From the IMG/VR virus record IMGVR_UViG_3300005804_000117, positions 1 through 29,803 of that record: a DNA stretch of 29,803 nucleotides; one strand, 5' to 3'. The DNA is from a virus. Taxonomy: Duplodnaviria; Caudoviricetes. Both the position numbers and the translations under genes were made by a program. The notes beneath the pieces were generated by a model, which searched no databases, was not told the DNA's origin, and worked only from the letters and a program-made list of their open reading frames with translations. Shown here piece by piece: positions 6,717-15,538 of this stretch; the stretch's first letter is position 1, and every line of letters begins with the position of its first letter.

Positions 6717-7283
6717 ATGGGGCGTCAACCGTCAACCATCGACATGCTTCCGGACGACATTAAGGAGCAACTCCAGGAGCTTCTGCGCAATCCGCGCTGC
6801 AGCCAGTTGGAGGCGACCCGCCGGATCAACGCCATCCTGGAGGAGGAAGGGCACGAGGAGCGGGTCACCAAGTCGAGCGTAAACCGCTACGCCCTCAAGA
6901 TGGAGGAGGTGGGCGCCAAGATCCGCCAGGGCCGGGAGATGGCCGAGATGTGGATCGGCAAGTTCGGCGCCTCCCCCCAGGGGCAGCTCGGCCTCCTCAT
7001 CACCGAGATGCTGCGGACACTTGCCTATGACCTGTCGCTCAAGCTCCAGGACGCCGATATCGAGAGCCCGGAAACCCTGGCCGCCACCATCGACCAGGTC
7101 AAGGCCCTGGCCCTGGGCGTTCAGCGGCTGGAGCAGAGCACCACCTTGAATGTGAAGAGGGAGGCGGAGATTCGGAAACAGGCATTGCAGGATGCGGCGG
7201 AAGCACTGGAAAAGACAGACACCTTGCAGCTGAAGCCTGAAACACTCAACTACATCAAGACGGTGATCTATGGCCTGGCGTAG
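6717..7283 (+). CDS. Terminase small subunit, Mu gp27 / DUF3486 family
   Basis: STIDMLPDDIKEQL...VTKSSVNRY motif; directly precedes the large terminase. Confidence 0.88.
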   Translation: MGRQPSTIDMLPDDIKEQLQELLRNPRCSQLEATRRINAILEEEGHEERVTKSSVNRYALKMEEVGAKIRQGREMAEMWIGKFGASPQGQLGLLITEMLRTLAYDLSLKLQDADIESPETLAATIDQVKALALGVQRLEQSTTLNVKREAEIRKQALQDAAEALEKTDTLQLKPETLNYIKTVIYGLA

Positions 7284-8916
7284 CCCGCTACAGATATTCC
7301 TGCTGGCCATCGCCTTTCTGTTCCTCCTGGCCACCATCCGGCCCGACGCGGTCCTGGCCGCGGCCAAGGCGGCTCAGTCGCCCAGCCATGTGCCGGCCAC
7401 GGAAGACCAGCACAAATGCGCCACGTTTCCTCCCGGGTTCGAGCCGCTGATAAAGCTGACCGAGTACCAGAAACGCTGGATCGAGGACAAGAGCCGTTTC
7501 AAGATCGGCATGATGAGCCGCCAGGGGGGGAAGAGCTTCGGCACCTCCCTGGAAGCAGTCATCGACTGTTACGAGCATAAGACCAAGTGGGTCTTTCTCT
7601 CCGCCGGCGAGCGCCAGTCCCGGGAGCTCATGTCCACGGCCGCCATGCACGCCCGCGCCATCGGCCTGGCAGTCATCGAGTTGGAAGGAACCTTCAAGGA
7701 AGGCGACTCCGAGTACAAGCAGCTGGAGATCGTCTTTCCCAACGGCAGCCGCATTATCGGCCTTCCGGCCAATCCGGCCACGGCCCGCGGCCACTCGGCC
7801 CACATCCTCCTGGACGAGTTCGCGTTCCACAAGGATTCCCGCGCCATCTGGAAGGCCCTCTTTCCCACCGTCACCCGGGGCTACAAGATCCGCATCATCT
7901 CCACCCCCATGGGGAAGAAGAACAAGTTCTACGAGCTCTGGACCGCCAAGACCCTCCAGATCTTCAACGGCGTGGAACACGAGTTCAAGGGGGAACGTGG
8001 CGGCTGGTCCAAGCACAAGGTCGACATCTTCGACGCCGTGGCCATGGGGCTCACCCTGGTCGACGAGGACGGCAACGAGATAGAGCCCGAGGATCTGCGC
8101 CTGGCCCTGGCCGATGACGAAGCATGGCACCAGGAATACCTCTGCGAGTTCATTGATGAGACCACCGCCTTCCTCCCCTACGACCTGATAGAGACAGTGG
8201 AAGACGTCAAGATCGACTACCTCCCCCAATGGGCCGAGGACCTGGTCAACGCGGCCATCGACTTCCACGAGGAGCACAAGTCCGATGAGAATCCTCCTCC
8301 TTTCACGGCGGGTAGAGAAATCCTTTCTGATGTCCTGTTTACGGGAGATCTGTACGCAGGATTTGACGTTGCCCGAAGAAGAGACCTTTCCGTCATCTGG
8401 CTTGATGAGGATTCGGCTGCAATTGCCCGAGCCCGAGCCGTCATTGACCTTAAGAAGCAGCCGTTCGGGGTGCAGCGCCTGGTTCTGTTCTCGCTCCTCA
8501 GGTTGCCGCGAATGCGCCGGGCATGCATCGATGAAACTGGCGTCGGCATGCAGCTTGCCGAAGAGGCCCTTGAAATGTTCGGCAGCCACCTGGTCGAGCC
8601 AGTTACGTTCACGCCCAAGAGCAAAGAGGCCCTGGCCAATGGCATCAAGAAGAGCTTCGAAGACCAAAAAGATCGGATACCGGCGGACACTACAATCAGG
8701 CAAAGCCTGCACACGGTGAAAAAGATAGCCACCAGCGCCGGAAATTTCCGCTTCGACGCGGACCGGGAAGAGGCCACCGGCCATGCGGATCATTTCTGGG
8801 CCAAAGCACTGGCGGTGCAGGCGCGGTCGAATCCTTCCGCTCCCATCGAATTCAAGACCGCCGGGCCGCTCCGGCCCGGCTACGGCGGCGCGATGAACAA
8901 TTACATGAGGACCTGA
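7270..8916 (+). CDS. terL: Terminase large subunit (Mu gp28-like)
   Basis: Walker A SRQGGKS, Walker B ILLDEFAF, ISTPMG, nuclease motifs GFDVAR / IDETGVG / HADHFWA. Start uncertain; hydrophobic N-terminal extension. Confidence 0.93.
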   Translation: MAWRSPLQIFLLAIAFLFLLATIRPDAVLAAAKAAQSPSHVPATEDQHKCATFPPGFEPLIKLTEYQKRWIEDKSRFKIGMMSRQGGKSFGTSLEAVIDCYEHKTKWVFLSAGERQSRELMSTAAMHARAIGLAVIELEGTFKEGDSEYKQLEIVFPNGSRIIGLPANPATARGHSAHILLDEFAFHKDSRAIWKALFPTVTRGYKIRIISTPMGKKNKFYELWTAKTLQIFNGVEHEFKGERGGWSKHKVDIFDAVAMGLTLVDEDGNEIEPEDLRLALADDEAWHQEYLCEFIDETTAFLPYDLIETVEDVKIDYLPQWAEDLVNAAIDFHEEHKSDENPPPFTAGREILSDVLFTGDLYAGFDVARRRDLSVIWLDEDSAAIARARAVIDLKKQPFGVQRLVLFSLLRLPRMRRACIDETGVGMQLAEEALEMFGSHLVEPVTFTPKSKEALANGIKKSFEDQKDRIPADTTIRQSLHTVKKIATSAGNFRFDADREEATGHADHFWAKALAVQARSNPSAPIEFKTAGPLRPGYGGAMNNYMRT

Positions 8917-8996
8917 AACCGGGGGCTAGGGGCTAGGGGGCTGGAAAAGTCATTAAAACCTGAAGAAGTTACATAAAAATATGAACAGGATGTCAA

Positions 8997-10508
8997 ATGG
9001 CAACTGACAGGCAAAAACCCATAACCGACGAGATAGCCAGCGCGGCGAGCGACTTCGATATCTTCCAGGGGTTCCTGACCCACCTGGCCAACCCGGACAA
9101 GGTGCTGGCCCTGGAGTGCGGCGGCGACATCACGGTCTATGACGACATGAGCCGGGACGACCGCATCGGCCCGTCGCTCCGCACCAGGGCGCTGGCGGTC
9201 ATCGGCCGGGAGTGGGAGATCACCCCATACTCCGACAAGGCCGAGGACATGCGGCGCGCCGAGTACGTGAAGCAGGTCTTCCTCGGCTTCCCCTTCGACC
9301 TCGCCCGCCGGGCGCTGCTCAGGGGCGGGACCCTGAAGGGGTTCGCACTGTCCGAGGTGATGTGGGATTACAGCGAGGGGGACGTGTTCATCAGGGACAT
9401 GCGCCACCGGACGCAACGGCGCTTCAGGTTCGACCTGGAGAACAACATCCTCCTCATCACCCGCGATAACCCCATGGGCGAGAACGTGAGCACCCGGGAC
9501 GGCTTGCCGCTTCGCAAGTTTCAGCACGTGACCTTCGGCGACGAGGTGGAGACCCCCTACGGAGTGGGCCTGGGCCGGGAGCTGTACTGGCCCTGGTGGT
9601 TCAAGAAGAATGGCATCAAGTTCTGGCTCATGTTCTGCGACAAGTTCGCCGGGCCGACCGTGACCGGGGAATACCCCAGCGGCAGCAAGAAGGAACAGCA
9701 GGACGCGCTCCTGGCGGCCGCCCAGGCGGTCCACTCCAACAGCGCCGTGATCTACCCCCAGGGTATGAATCTGAAGCTCCTGGAGGCGGCCCGCAGCGGC
9801 TCCATCACCACCTACAAGGAGCTGGTGGAGTACATGGACGGCGCCATGACCGTGGTGATCCTGGGCCAGACCGCCACCACCGAAGGGACCCCGGGCGCGC
9901 TGGGCAACCAGGACGCCCAGGCGGACGTGCGGGGCGACCTGGTCAAGGCGGATGCCGATGCGCTGTGCGAGGCCCTGAATAGCGAGAACGGCGTGGTGCG
10001 CTGGCTGGTGGACTACCAGTTCCCGGGAACCAAGAACTATCCACAGATGTGGATCAAGACCGAGGACGAGGAAGACGAGCTGGTCGTGGCCGAGCGGGAC
10101 GAGAAGCGGTCCAATGCCGTGGCCGCGTCCGGGGCGCGGCTCACGCCGGTCTACTTCAAGCGGCGGTACGGGCTGGAGGATGATGAGATAGAAATCGTAG
10201 GCACGGGGACCGAGGATCGAGGAACGGGGAAAAACAACACCCTGCAGTTTGCCGAGCCCGGCGACGACCCCACCGCCACGGTGTCCGCCCTTTCCGAGCG
10301 ACTCGGCTCGGCGTCCGGCCCGGAGACCGGCGCATGGATCGACGCTTTGAGGAAGAGGATCGACGCGGCGGAAGACATCAAGGAACTGCCGGAGATCCTC
10401 CTTGCCGCCTACCCCGACATGAGCGTGGAGGCCCTGGCCGGGATCATCGGCGAGGAGACCATGCGGGCCGTGATGGCGGGGAGGATTGACGTGGAGAGCG
10501 GCGAATGA
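8997..10508 (+). CDS. Portal protein (Mu gp29, DUF935)
   Basis: PYGVGLGRELYWPWWFKK...FCDKFAGP..GEYP...ILGQTATT motifs; follows terL. Confidence 0.92.
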   Translation: MATDRQKPITDEIASAASDFDIFQGFLTHLANPDKVLALECGGDITVYDDMSRDDRIGPSLRTRALAVIGREWEITPYSDKAEDMRRAEYVKQVFLGFPFDLARRALLRGGTLKGFALSEVMWDYSEGDVFIRDMRHRTQRRFRFDLENNILLITRDNPMGENVSTRDGLPLRKFQHVTFGDEVETPYGVGLGRELYWPWWFKKNGIKFWLMFCDKFAGPTVTGEYPSGSKKEQQDALLAAAQAVHSNSAVIYPQGMNLKLLEAARSGSITTYKELVEYMDGAMTVVILGQTATTEGTPGALGNQDAQADVRGDLVKADADALCEALNSENGVVRWLVDYQFPGTKNYPQMWIKTEDEEDELVVAERDEKRSNAVAASGARLTPVYFKRRYGLEDDEIEIVGTGTEDRGTGKNNTLQFAEPGDDPTATVSALSERLGSASGPETGAWIDALRKRIDAAEDIKELPEILLAAYPDMSVEALAGIIGEETMRAVMAGRIDVESGE

Positions 10509-11701
10509 CCAGAGAAGAGTTCGACGCCGTCTTTAAATTGCCCTTCAACGAGGCTTCCAGGTTCTTTCAGCAGAAGCTGAACATCCCCACTTCAGCCTGG
10601 GACGACCTGTGGAAGGAGCAGCACGCCAGGGGGTTCATGTCCGCCGGGGCGGCAAAGGCGGCCCTGCTCACGGACCTGCGCGGCGCGGTTCAGAAGGCGA
10701 TAGACGGCGGGCTCACCCTGAAGGAGTTCCGGGAGCAATTTGATGCCATCGTGGACAGACACGGCTGGGCCTACAAGGGGGGGCGCAACTGGCGCAGCCG
10801 CCTGATCTGGGACACCAACATCACCACCTCATACCAGGCGGGCCGCTGGCAGCAGTTTATCGAGAGCCTGACCGAGTATCTCCGCTACGTCCATGCGGAC
10901 GGGGTCATCAATCCCAGGCCGCAGCATCAAGCCTGGGACGGGACCATCCTCCCCATCGGTCATCCCTGGTGGGACACCCATTATGGCCCGAACGGCTGGG
11001 GATGCCACTGCCGGGCTGTCCGGGCCTCGGAAGAGGAGTACCGACAGGCACAGGCGGACGGTCGAGGTGAAGCGCCGCCGTCTCCTATCGATCCTACGAC
11101 CGGTGCACCGGTCGGCATAGACAAGGGGTGGGATTACAACGTCGGGAAGGCGGCATACGGCCAGAACATCCAGGCGCGGCTCATGGAAGACCAGGGGCCG
11201 TGGAAAGACCTGTGTCCGGGACGGCCGGAGGATTACAACCGCCCGCCAAAGATGCCGGTCGACGCGCCGAAGGCGAAGCTCGGGACCAGGCAGCGTACCG
11301 AGGACGGATTGCGCGAGGAGCTGAGAAGGTCCGTGGGCGGCGACTCGGTATCCATTGCCGACCCGACCGGCGAACGGACGCTGATTACCCAGGGGATAGT
11401 CGACCACATCCTGGCCAAGCCGGACACTCGCTGGGACGGCAGGGAGGAGTACTTCCCCTTCATCCGGGAGCTGCTCGAAGAGCCGTATGAGATCTGGGTC
11501 AACTTCGCAAAGAGCGAGGTCTCCGGCCGGGTGGGCCTGCGCAAGAAGTATGTGAAGACCATCCGGCTCGACAAGGATCGGGTTCTGGGGCTGTACGCGG
11601 AAATACAGGACGGGGTCTGGGTGAGCGGAGATTTCTTTCGTGGTGGATCGAGTGCGGCGAACAACCTGCGGAAGGGAAAGCTTCTGTACGGTAGGGATTG
11701 A
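10505..11701 (+). CDS. MuF (gp30) minor head protein with C-terminal putative PBECR-type nuclease domain
   Basis: MuF motifs RPQHQAWDG...GPNGWGCHC...GIDKGWDYNVG, then ~160-aa extension HIL...GREEYFPFIRELLEEPYEIW...RKKYVK...RKGKLLY. Confidence 0.85.
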   Translation: MTREEFDAVFKLPFNEASRFFQQKLNIPTSAWDDLWKEQHARGFMSAGAAKAALLTDLRGAVQKAIDGGLTLKEFREQFDAIVDRHGWAYKGGRNWRSRLIWDTNITTSYQAGRWQQFIESLTEYLRYVHADGVINPRPQHQAWDGTILPIGHPWWDTHYGPNGWGCHCRAVRASEEEYRQAQADGRGEAPPSPIDPTTGAPVGIDKGWDYNVGKAAYGQNIQARLMEDQGPWKDLCPGRPEDYNRPPKMPVDAPKAKLGTRQRTEDGLREELRRSVGGDSVSIADPTGERTLITQGIVDHILAKPDTRWDGREEYFPFIRELLEEPYEIWVNFAKSEVSGRVGLRKKYVKTIRLDKDRVLGLYAEIQDGVWVSGDFFRGGSSAANNLRKGKLLYGRD

Positions 11702-11774
11702 GACTATGCGCCGCCGTCCCGACGCACGTCCTAAATCCGGCGGTTATGGGGTCGGCCCCACCGGATCAGCGAAT
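11695..11774 (-). ncRNA. Candidate antisense structured small RNA
   Basis: Starts ~7 nt after the -10. Two hairpins, AUCCGG..CCGGAU and UGCGUCG/CGGCGCA; the G-U pair forms only on the - strand. 3' end unknown. Confidence 0.5.
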
Positions 11775-11780
11775 GAATCA

Positions 11781-11809
11781 ACTATACCGCACCCGGACTG
11801 GAATGTAAA
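11781..11809 (-). promoter_or_regulatory. sigma70-type promoter pointing back into the muF 3' end
   Basis: - strand TTTACA (11809-11804), 17-bp spacer, TATAGT (11786-11781). Confidence 0.65.
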
Positions 11810-11822
11810 CAGGGTTTAATCC

Positions 11823-12359
11823 ATGGACACCAGGATAATCGTACATGACGAGCAGGTTAAGGCGGTTCTGGCGCGGCTGCAGGCCGCGACCGGCGACATG
11901 TCCCAGGCAATGCACGAGATCGGCCAGTACTACGAGCGGCGGGTCCTGGAGAACTTCGCGGCACAGACCGATCCGGAGGGGCGGCCCTGGCCCAAGCTCT
12001 CCGCCACCACCCTGGGGCTTGGTCTGGCCAAAGGGAAGCGGCTGAAGAAGAGCGGCTACCTGACCCGGGCGGGCCGGCAGTACCTGGTAAACAAGAAAAT
12101 CCTGGTGGAGCACGGGGATCTGCGGGGCTCGGTCCACTACCAGGCCGAGCGCAACCAGGTCACCATCGGCACCGGCGGGCATATCCCCTACGGAGGCATC
12201 CACCAGTTCGGCGGCCTTGCCGGCAGAGGACGCAAGGTCAGGATTCCGGCGCGTCCTTACCTGGCCGTAAACGACGGGACAGGCATGAAGTTGGCGGCCC
12301 GGGACCGGCAGCGCATCATCGAGATCGTGGAGAGGCATATCGAGGAGGCGAAGGGGTAA
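11823..12359 (+). CDS. Virion morphogenesis protein (Mu gpG/gp31-like)
   Basis: NFAAQTDPEGRPWPKLS...ILVEHGDLRGS...IHQFGG...IPARPYL. Confidence 0.9.
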   Translation: MDTRIIVHDEQVKAVLARLQAATGDMSQAMHEIGQYYERRVLENFAAQTDPEGRPWPKLSATTLGLGLAKGKRLKKSGYLTRAGRQYLVNKKILVEHGDLRGSVHYQAERNQVTIGTGGHIPYGGIHQFGGLAGRGRKVRIPARPYLAVNDGTGMKLAARDRQRIIEIVERHIEEAKG

Positions 12360-12554
12360 AAGCCCAAAACGCCAAATTTGCCCTGTGAGCCGTTTTGGTT
12401 GGGGCTGGGGTCTAAAGGGTGGCGGTCGGGACGGAAAGCCCGGCACGCAAAAATTTAAAGATGGTTTAAACGGGGTTCCGTCCCATGGTCCGACCCCAAA
12501 AAATCCGGATTTTGAATTCGGACTGTTTCCCTCGAACCTCGAACCTCGGTCCTG

Positions 12555-12602
12555 ATTTTATAAAGCCCTTTACTATCACTTCTCCGGACGCCTTTGTATG
12601 GT
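12555..12602 (+). promoter_or_regulatory. Activator-dependent late promoter (PI-like)
   Basis: Second exact copy of the 23-bp box; -10 TATGGT at 12597-12602, same spacing as at Plys. Confidence 0.78.
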
Positions 12603-12623
12603 GGGCCGGAAACAGGAGGCCGC

Positions 12624-13634
12624 ATGAAGAAGAGAATCAAAATGCTGAAGCCGGGCAGGTTCACGGCCATGAACGGCAAGGTGGTGAATTTCACCGAGGC
12701 GGACCTGAAGGCCACGGCCGCGGCCTACAACCCGGAGATTTACGCGGCCCCGTTCGTCATCGGCCACCCGAAACACGACGACCCGGCGTACGGCAGGATC
12801 GGTATCGCCGATTTCTCCGAAGGGTTCCTGATGGGCGAGCCGGACCAGGTGGACCCGGCCTTTGCCGAGGCGGTCAATTCCGGCAAGTTCAACCGGGTGT
12901 CCCTGTCCCTCTACGAGCCGGACAGCCCTAACAACCCGGTACCCGGGGTGTACTACCCCCGGCACCTGGGTTTTCTCGGGGCCATGCCGCCGGCGGTGAA
13001 GGGCCTTGGGACCGTGAGCTTCTCTGAGGGCGAAACCGGCATCATCGAGCTTGGCGACTGGAACGACCGGACCATCGCACGGCTGCTCAGGAGCCTGAAA
13101 AACAAGCTCATCGAGAAGTTCGGCGCGGACGACGCCGAAGCGGCCCTGCCCGAATGGGATATCGAGTATGTCCAGGAAGAGGCCCTGCGGCCCGAGACAA
13201 AGACCGAAGTGACGCCGGAACCGGCGTTCGCTGAATCGAACAAGGAGGGGTCGACCATGTTGACAGCCGAGCAGCTTGCCGCCAGGGAGGCGGACCTGAA
13301 GAAGAGAGAAGATGCGCTGAAAGTGAAGGAGAGCGCCGGCGTCCACGACGGTAACGTGGCCTTTGCCGAGGGCCTGGTCCAGGCAGGGAAACTCCTGCCG
13401 GCAAACAAGGCAGAAGTGATTGCCGTACTCGACTTCGCAGCCGGCTTCACCTCGGGCGAGACCATCGAGTTTGGCGAGGGGGACGCTAAACAGACCTTGT
13501 CCCCGTCGGACATCCTGAAGGACCTGTTCAACGCCATGCCCAAGGTCATCGAGTTCGGCGAGCTGGGCGGCGGCCGGGTCGAAACCGGCCAGGAGACAGG
13601 GAAGATACCGGCGGACCTGGCGAAACACGTGTAG
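12624..13634 (+). CDS. Prohead protease/scaffold (Mu gpI-like)
   Basis: GGAGG RBS before ATG 12624; APFVIGHP...PAYG...RHLGFLGAMPPAVKGL. Confidence 0.88.
   Translation: MKKRIKMLKPGRFTAMNGKVVNFTEADLKATAAAYNPEIYAAPFVIGHPKHDDPAYGRIGIADFSEGFLMGEPDQVDPAFAEAVNSGKFNRVSLSLYEPDSPNNPVPGVYYPRHLGFLGAMPPAVKGLGTVSFSEGETGIIELGDWNDRTIARLLRSLKNKLIEKFGADDAEAALPEWDIEYVQEEALRPETKTEVTPEPAFAESNKEGSTMLTAEQLAAREADLKKREDALKVKESAGVHDGNVAFAEGLVQAGKLLPANKAEVIAVLDFAAGFTSGETIEFGEGDAKQTLSPSDILKDLFNAMPKVIEFGELGGGRVETGQETGKIPADLAKHV
13257..13634 (+). CDS. Nested in-frame scaffolding protein (Mu gpZ-like)
   Basis: Internal AAGGAGG RBS before in-frame ATG (MLTAEQLAAREADL), a coiled-coil segment; same I/Z nesting as Mu. Confidence 0.6.
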   Translation: MLTAEQLAAREADLKKREDALKVKESAGVHDGNVAFAEGLVQAGKLLPANKAEVIAVLDFAAGFTSGETIEFGEGDAKQTLSPSDILKDLFNAMPKVIEFGELGGGRVETGQETGKIPADLAKHV

Positions 13635-13666
13635 CCCCCCTCAAACGACTGAAAGGAGTTTGACCC

Positions 13667-14260
13667 ATGACCATCAACGGACAAGTCGGGAGCTTCTCCC
13701 GAGACGAAGAACGCGCACAGATCCCCGGGCATGACCCGGTGATACTGTCGGGCAAGGTGAAGGCGAATGACGGAACGTATCCGACCGGTTTGCTCCTTAC
13801 CTGTAAAGCCGGCGAACTGATCCCCCTTGCAGTCGTGGCAGCCGAGGTGATCGAGACCGGTGACGGCGCCACCAAGGTATTCACCGGCAACCTGGCCTCG
13901 TTCCCGGTCGAGCCGGGCACCCTCGCCATCACCGACGGTGTGGAGGCATTCGCAGACGACGGCAGCGGCCGTTTGGTGGGTGATGCCGGCGGCAGCGGCA
14001 CCGTCAACTACATGACCGGCGCTTATGCCGTAACCTTCAACGCCAACGTCGTCAACGAGGTCGATGTGACTGCCGATTACGTGACCGCCGTGGACGGGGT
14101 CCTGGATGAGGAGACCGACACCACCAAGAGCGGTTCCGGCCTGTATGTCGGGCACGGCACGGTCAACAGCACGGTGCTGAAGGTCGGCGCGGTGGCCAAG
14201 GCGGAACCCTCCTCGGCGCTGCTGATGCTGTTGCAGAAGAAGGGGATTTTCCCGAAGTAG
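13667..14260 (+). CDS. Head decoration protein with inserted beta-rich domain
   Basis: Lies between protease and capsid genes; YPTGLLL...GVLDEETDT...HGTV...LQKKGIF frame. Confidence 0.65.
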   Translation: MTINGQVGSFSRDEERAQIPGHDPVILSGKVKANDGTYPTGLLLTCKAGELIPLAVVAAEVIETGDGATKVFTGNLASFPVEPGTLAITDGVEAFADDGSGRLVGDAGGSGTVNYMTGAYAVTFNANVVNEVDVTADYVTAVDGVLDEETDTTKSGSGLYVGHGTVNSTVLKVGAVAKAEPSSALLMLLQKKGIFPK

Positions 14261-14274
14261 CCAAACCGTAACCC

Positions 14275-14342
14275 GTAGGGGCGGGGTTCTCCCGCCCTCA
14301 TCAACATTGTTTGAACCCAGGGCGGGATGACCCCGCCCCTAC
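14275..14342. repeat. GTAG-family REP inverted pair
   Basis: GTAGGGGCGGGGTTCTCCCGCCCT ... AGGGCGGGATGACCCCGCCCCTAC. Confidence 0.75.
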
Positions 14343-14355
14343 AGGAGACCCAACC

Positions 14356-15474
14356 ATGAAACGATTTTTCGCTATTTTCTCAGTCTGGCTCGGCCTGCTC
14401 CTGCTGGCCGTCGTTCTGTTTCCCGGAGCCCCGGCCATGGCCTCCAGCGGCAAGGGGGCCGTGGCAACCCTGCCGCTCCTCGCCTTCGGCTTCATCAACA
14501 TCCGCGGCCTGTTTACCCGTGAGGCCATCATCCGATATCTGACCGAGCTGCCGGTACTCGAGACGCCGGTCATGGACTCCATTTTCGCCGTTCGTCCCCA
14601 GCAGCCGCTGGCGCTCATCGGCTCCGACCTGTTGCAGTCCGTGGCCAAGGCCATGCCCCTGGCCCGGCGCGGCGGTCGATCCATCACCATTGCCGGCGGT
14701 ACCGCCTCGACCGGCTTTTACGAGCCGTTTCCGATCCGTCCGGACATCGGTGTCACCGGCGCGGACCTGAACAACCTGAAGGTCATCATGGGGGACCAGG
14801 CGTCCCTCGGTATCTGGGCGCAGGGAAAGACCGACATCCTGCGGCGCACGGTCCGGGCCACCACCGAGGCACTCTGCTGCGTGGCCATCACCGGGAAGAT
14901 CCAGTGGCCCGTGCAGTTGGAAGGAGGCGGCTTCGAAACCTACGAGGTGGACTTCGGCGCCATCCAGGCATTCGTTCCCGCCAAGAAGTGGGACGCCGCC
15001 GACGCCAAGCTGAAGGATGTATTTCTCTCACTGAGGGGGATGCACAAGAAGCTGAAGGAAAAAGGGTACGGCGGCAAGGTCGAGGCCTGGGCCGGCGAGA
15101 CCGCGTACAACGCGTTGTTCGCCCTGGCAGAGGGTTTTCAGTCCACCGCGCAGTTCCGGGTCGAGATCACCGAGCAGGGGATCAACGTCGGCGGTTACCT
15201 GGTCAAGCCCCGGGACGAGCAGTATTACAACCCGCAGACCAAGGCAATGGTCCCGGTGGTAGGGGCCAAGGTCTGCAAGATGATCGCCCTGGACGCCGGG
15301 CACCAGATGCCGTACTGCGCCATCGACGACCTGGACGGCAACCTGCAGCCACTCCCCTTCTTCGTCAAGCCACTCAAGACCGACAACCCGAGCGGCTTCC
15401 AGTTGGTGGCGGAGTCGAAGCCGTTCCCGATTCCGAACGTCAACGGCATCTGCGACGCCACGGTGACCGCGTAA
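14356..15474 (+). CDS. Major capsid protein (lambda gpE-like) with signal-peptide-like N-terminal extension
   Basis: AGGAG RBS before ATG 14356; LRRTVRATTEALC..AITGKI...YEVDFG...LVAESKPFPIPN capsid-E pattern. Confidence 0.85.
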   Translation: MKRFFAIFSVWLGLLLLAVVLFPGAPAMASSGKGAVATLPLLAFGFINIRGLFTREAIIRYLTELPVLETPVMDSIFAVRPQQPLALIGSDLLQSVAKAMPLARRGGRSITIAGGTASTGFYEPFPIRPDIGVTGADLNNLKVIMGDQASLGIWAQGKTDILRRTVRATTEALCCVAITGKIQWPVQLEGGGFETYEVDFGAIQAFVPAKKWDAADAKLKDVFLSLRGMHKKLKEKGYGGKVEAWAGETAYNALFALAEGFQSTAQFRVEITEQGINVGGYLVKPRDEQYYNPQTKAMVPVVGAKVCKMIALDAGHQMPYCAIDDLDGNLQPLPFFVKPLKTDNPSGFQLVAESKPFPIPNVNGICDATVTA

Positions 15475-15487
15475 GGCCAAGGCAGAA

Positions 15488-15526
15488 AAGGGGACAGGCC
15501 CTGAGACGTAAAGGGCCTGCCCCCTT
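15488..15526. terminator. Hairpin after the capsid gene (REP-like; U-tract on - strand)
   Basis: AAGGGGACAGGCCCT...AGGGCCTGCCCCCTT; related palindrome at 21306-21347. Confidence 0.5.
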
Positions 15527-15538
15527 CGGGAGATTACA

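Noticed and set aside
12410-12445. CTAAA...GGGACGGAAAGCC resembling a GEMM-I (c-di-GMP / c-AMP-GMP) riboswitch
   Set aside because: The P2 stem with its GNRA loop cannot form and the downstream P3 is missing; it also lies upstream of the PI promoter.
7288-14155. Long minus-strand ORFs (501, 277, 350, 400 aa and others)
   Set aside because: Shadow frames of GC-rich + strand genes with no recognisable motifs.
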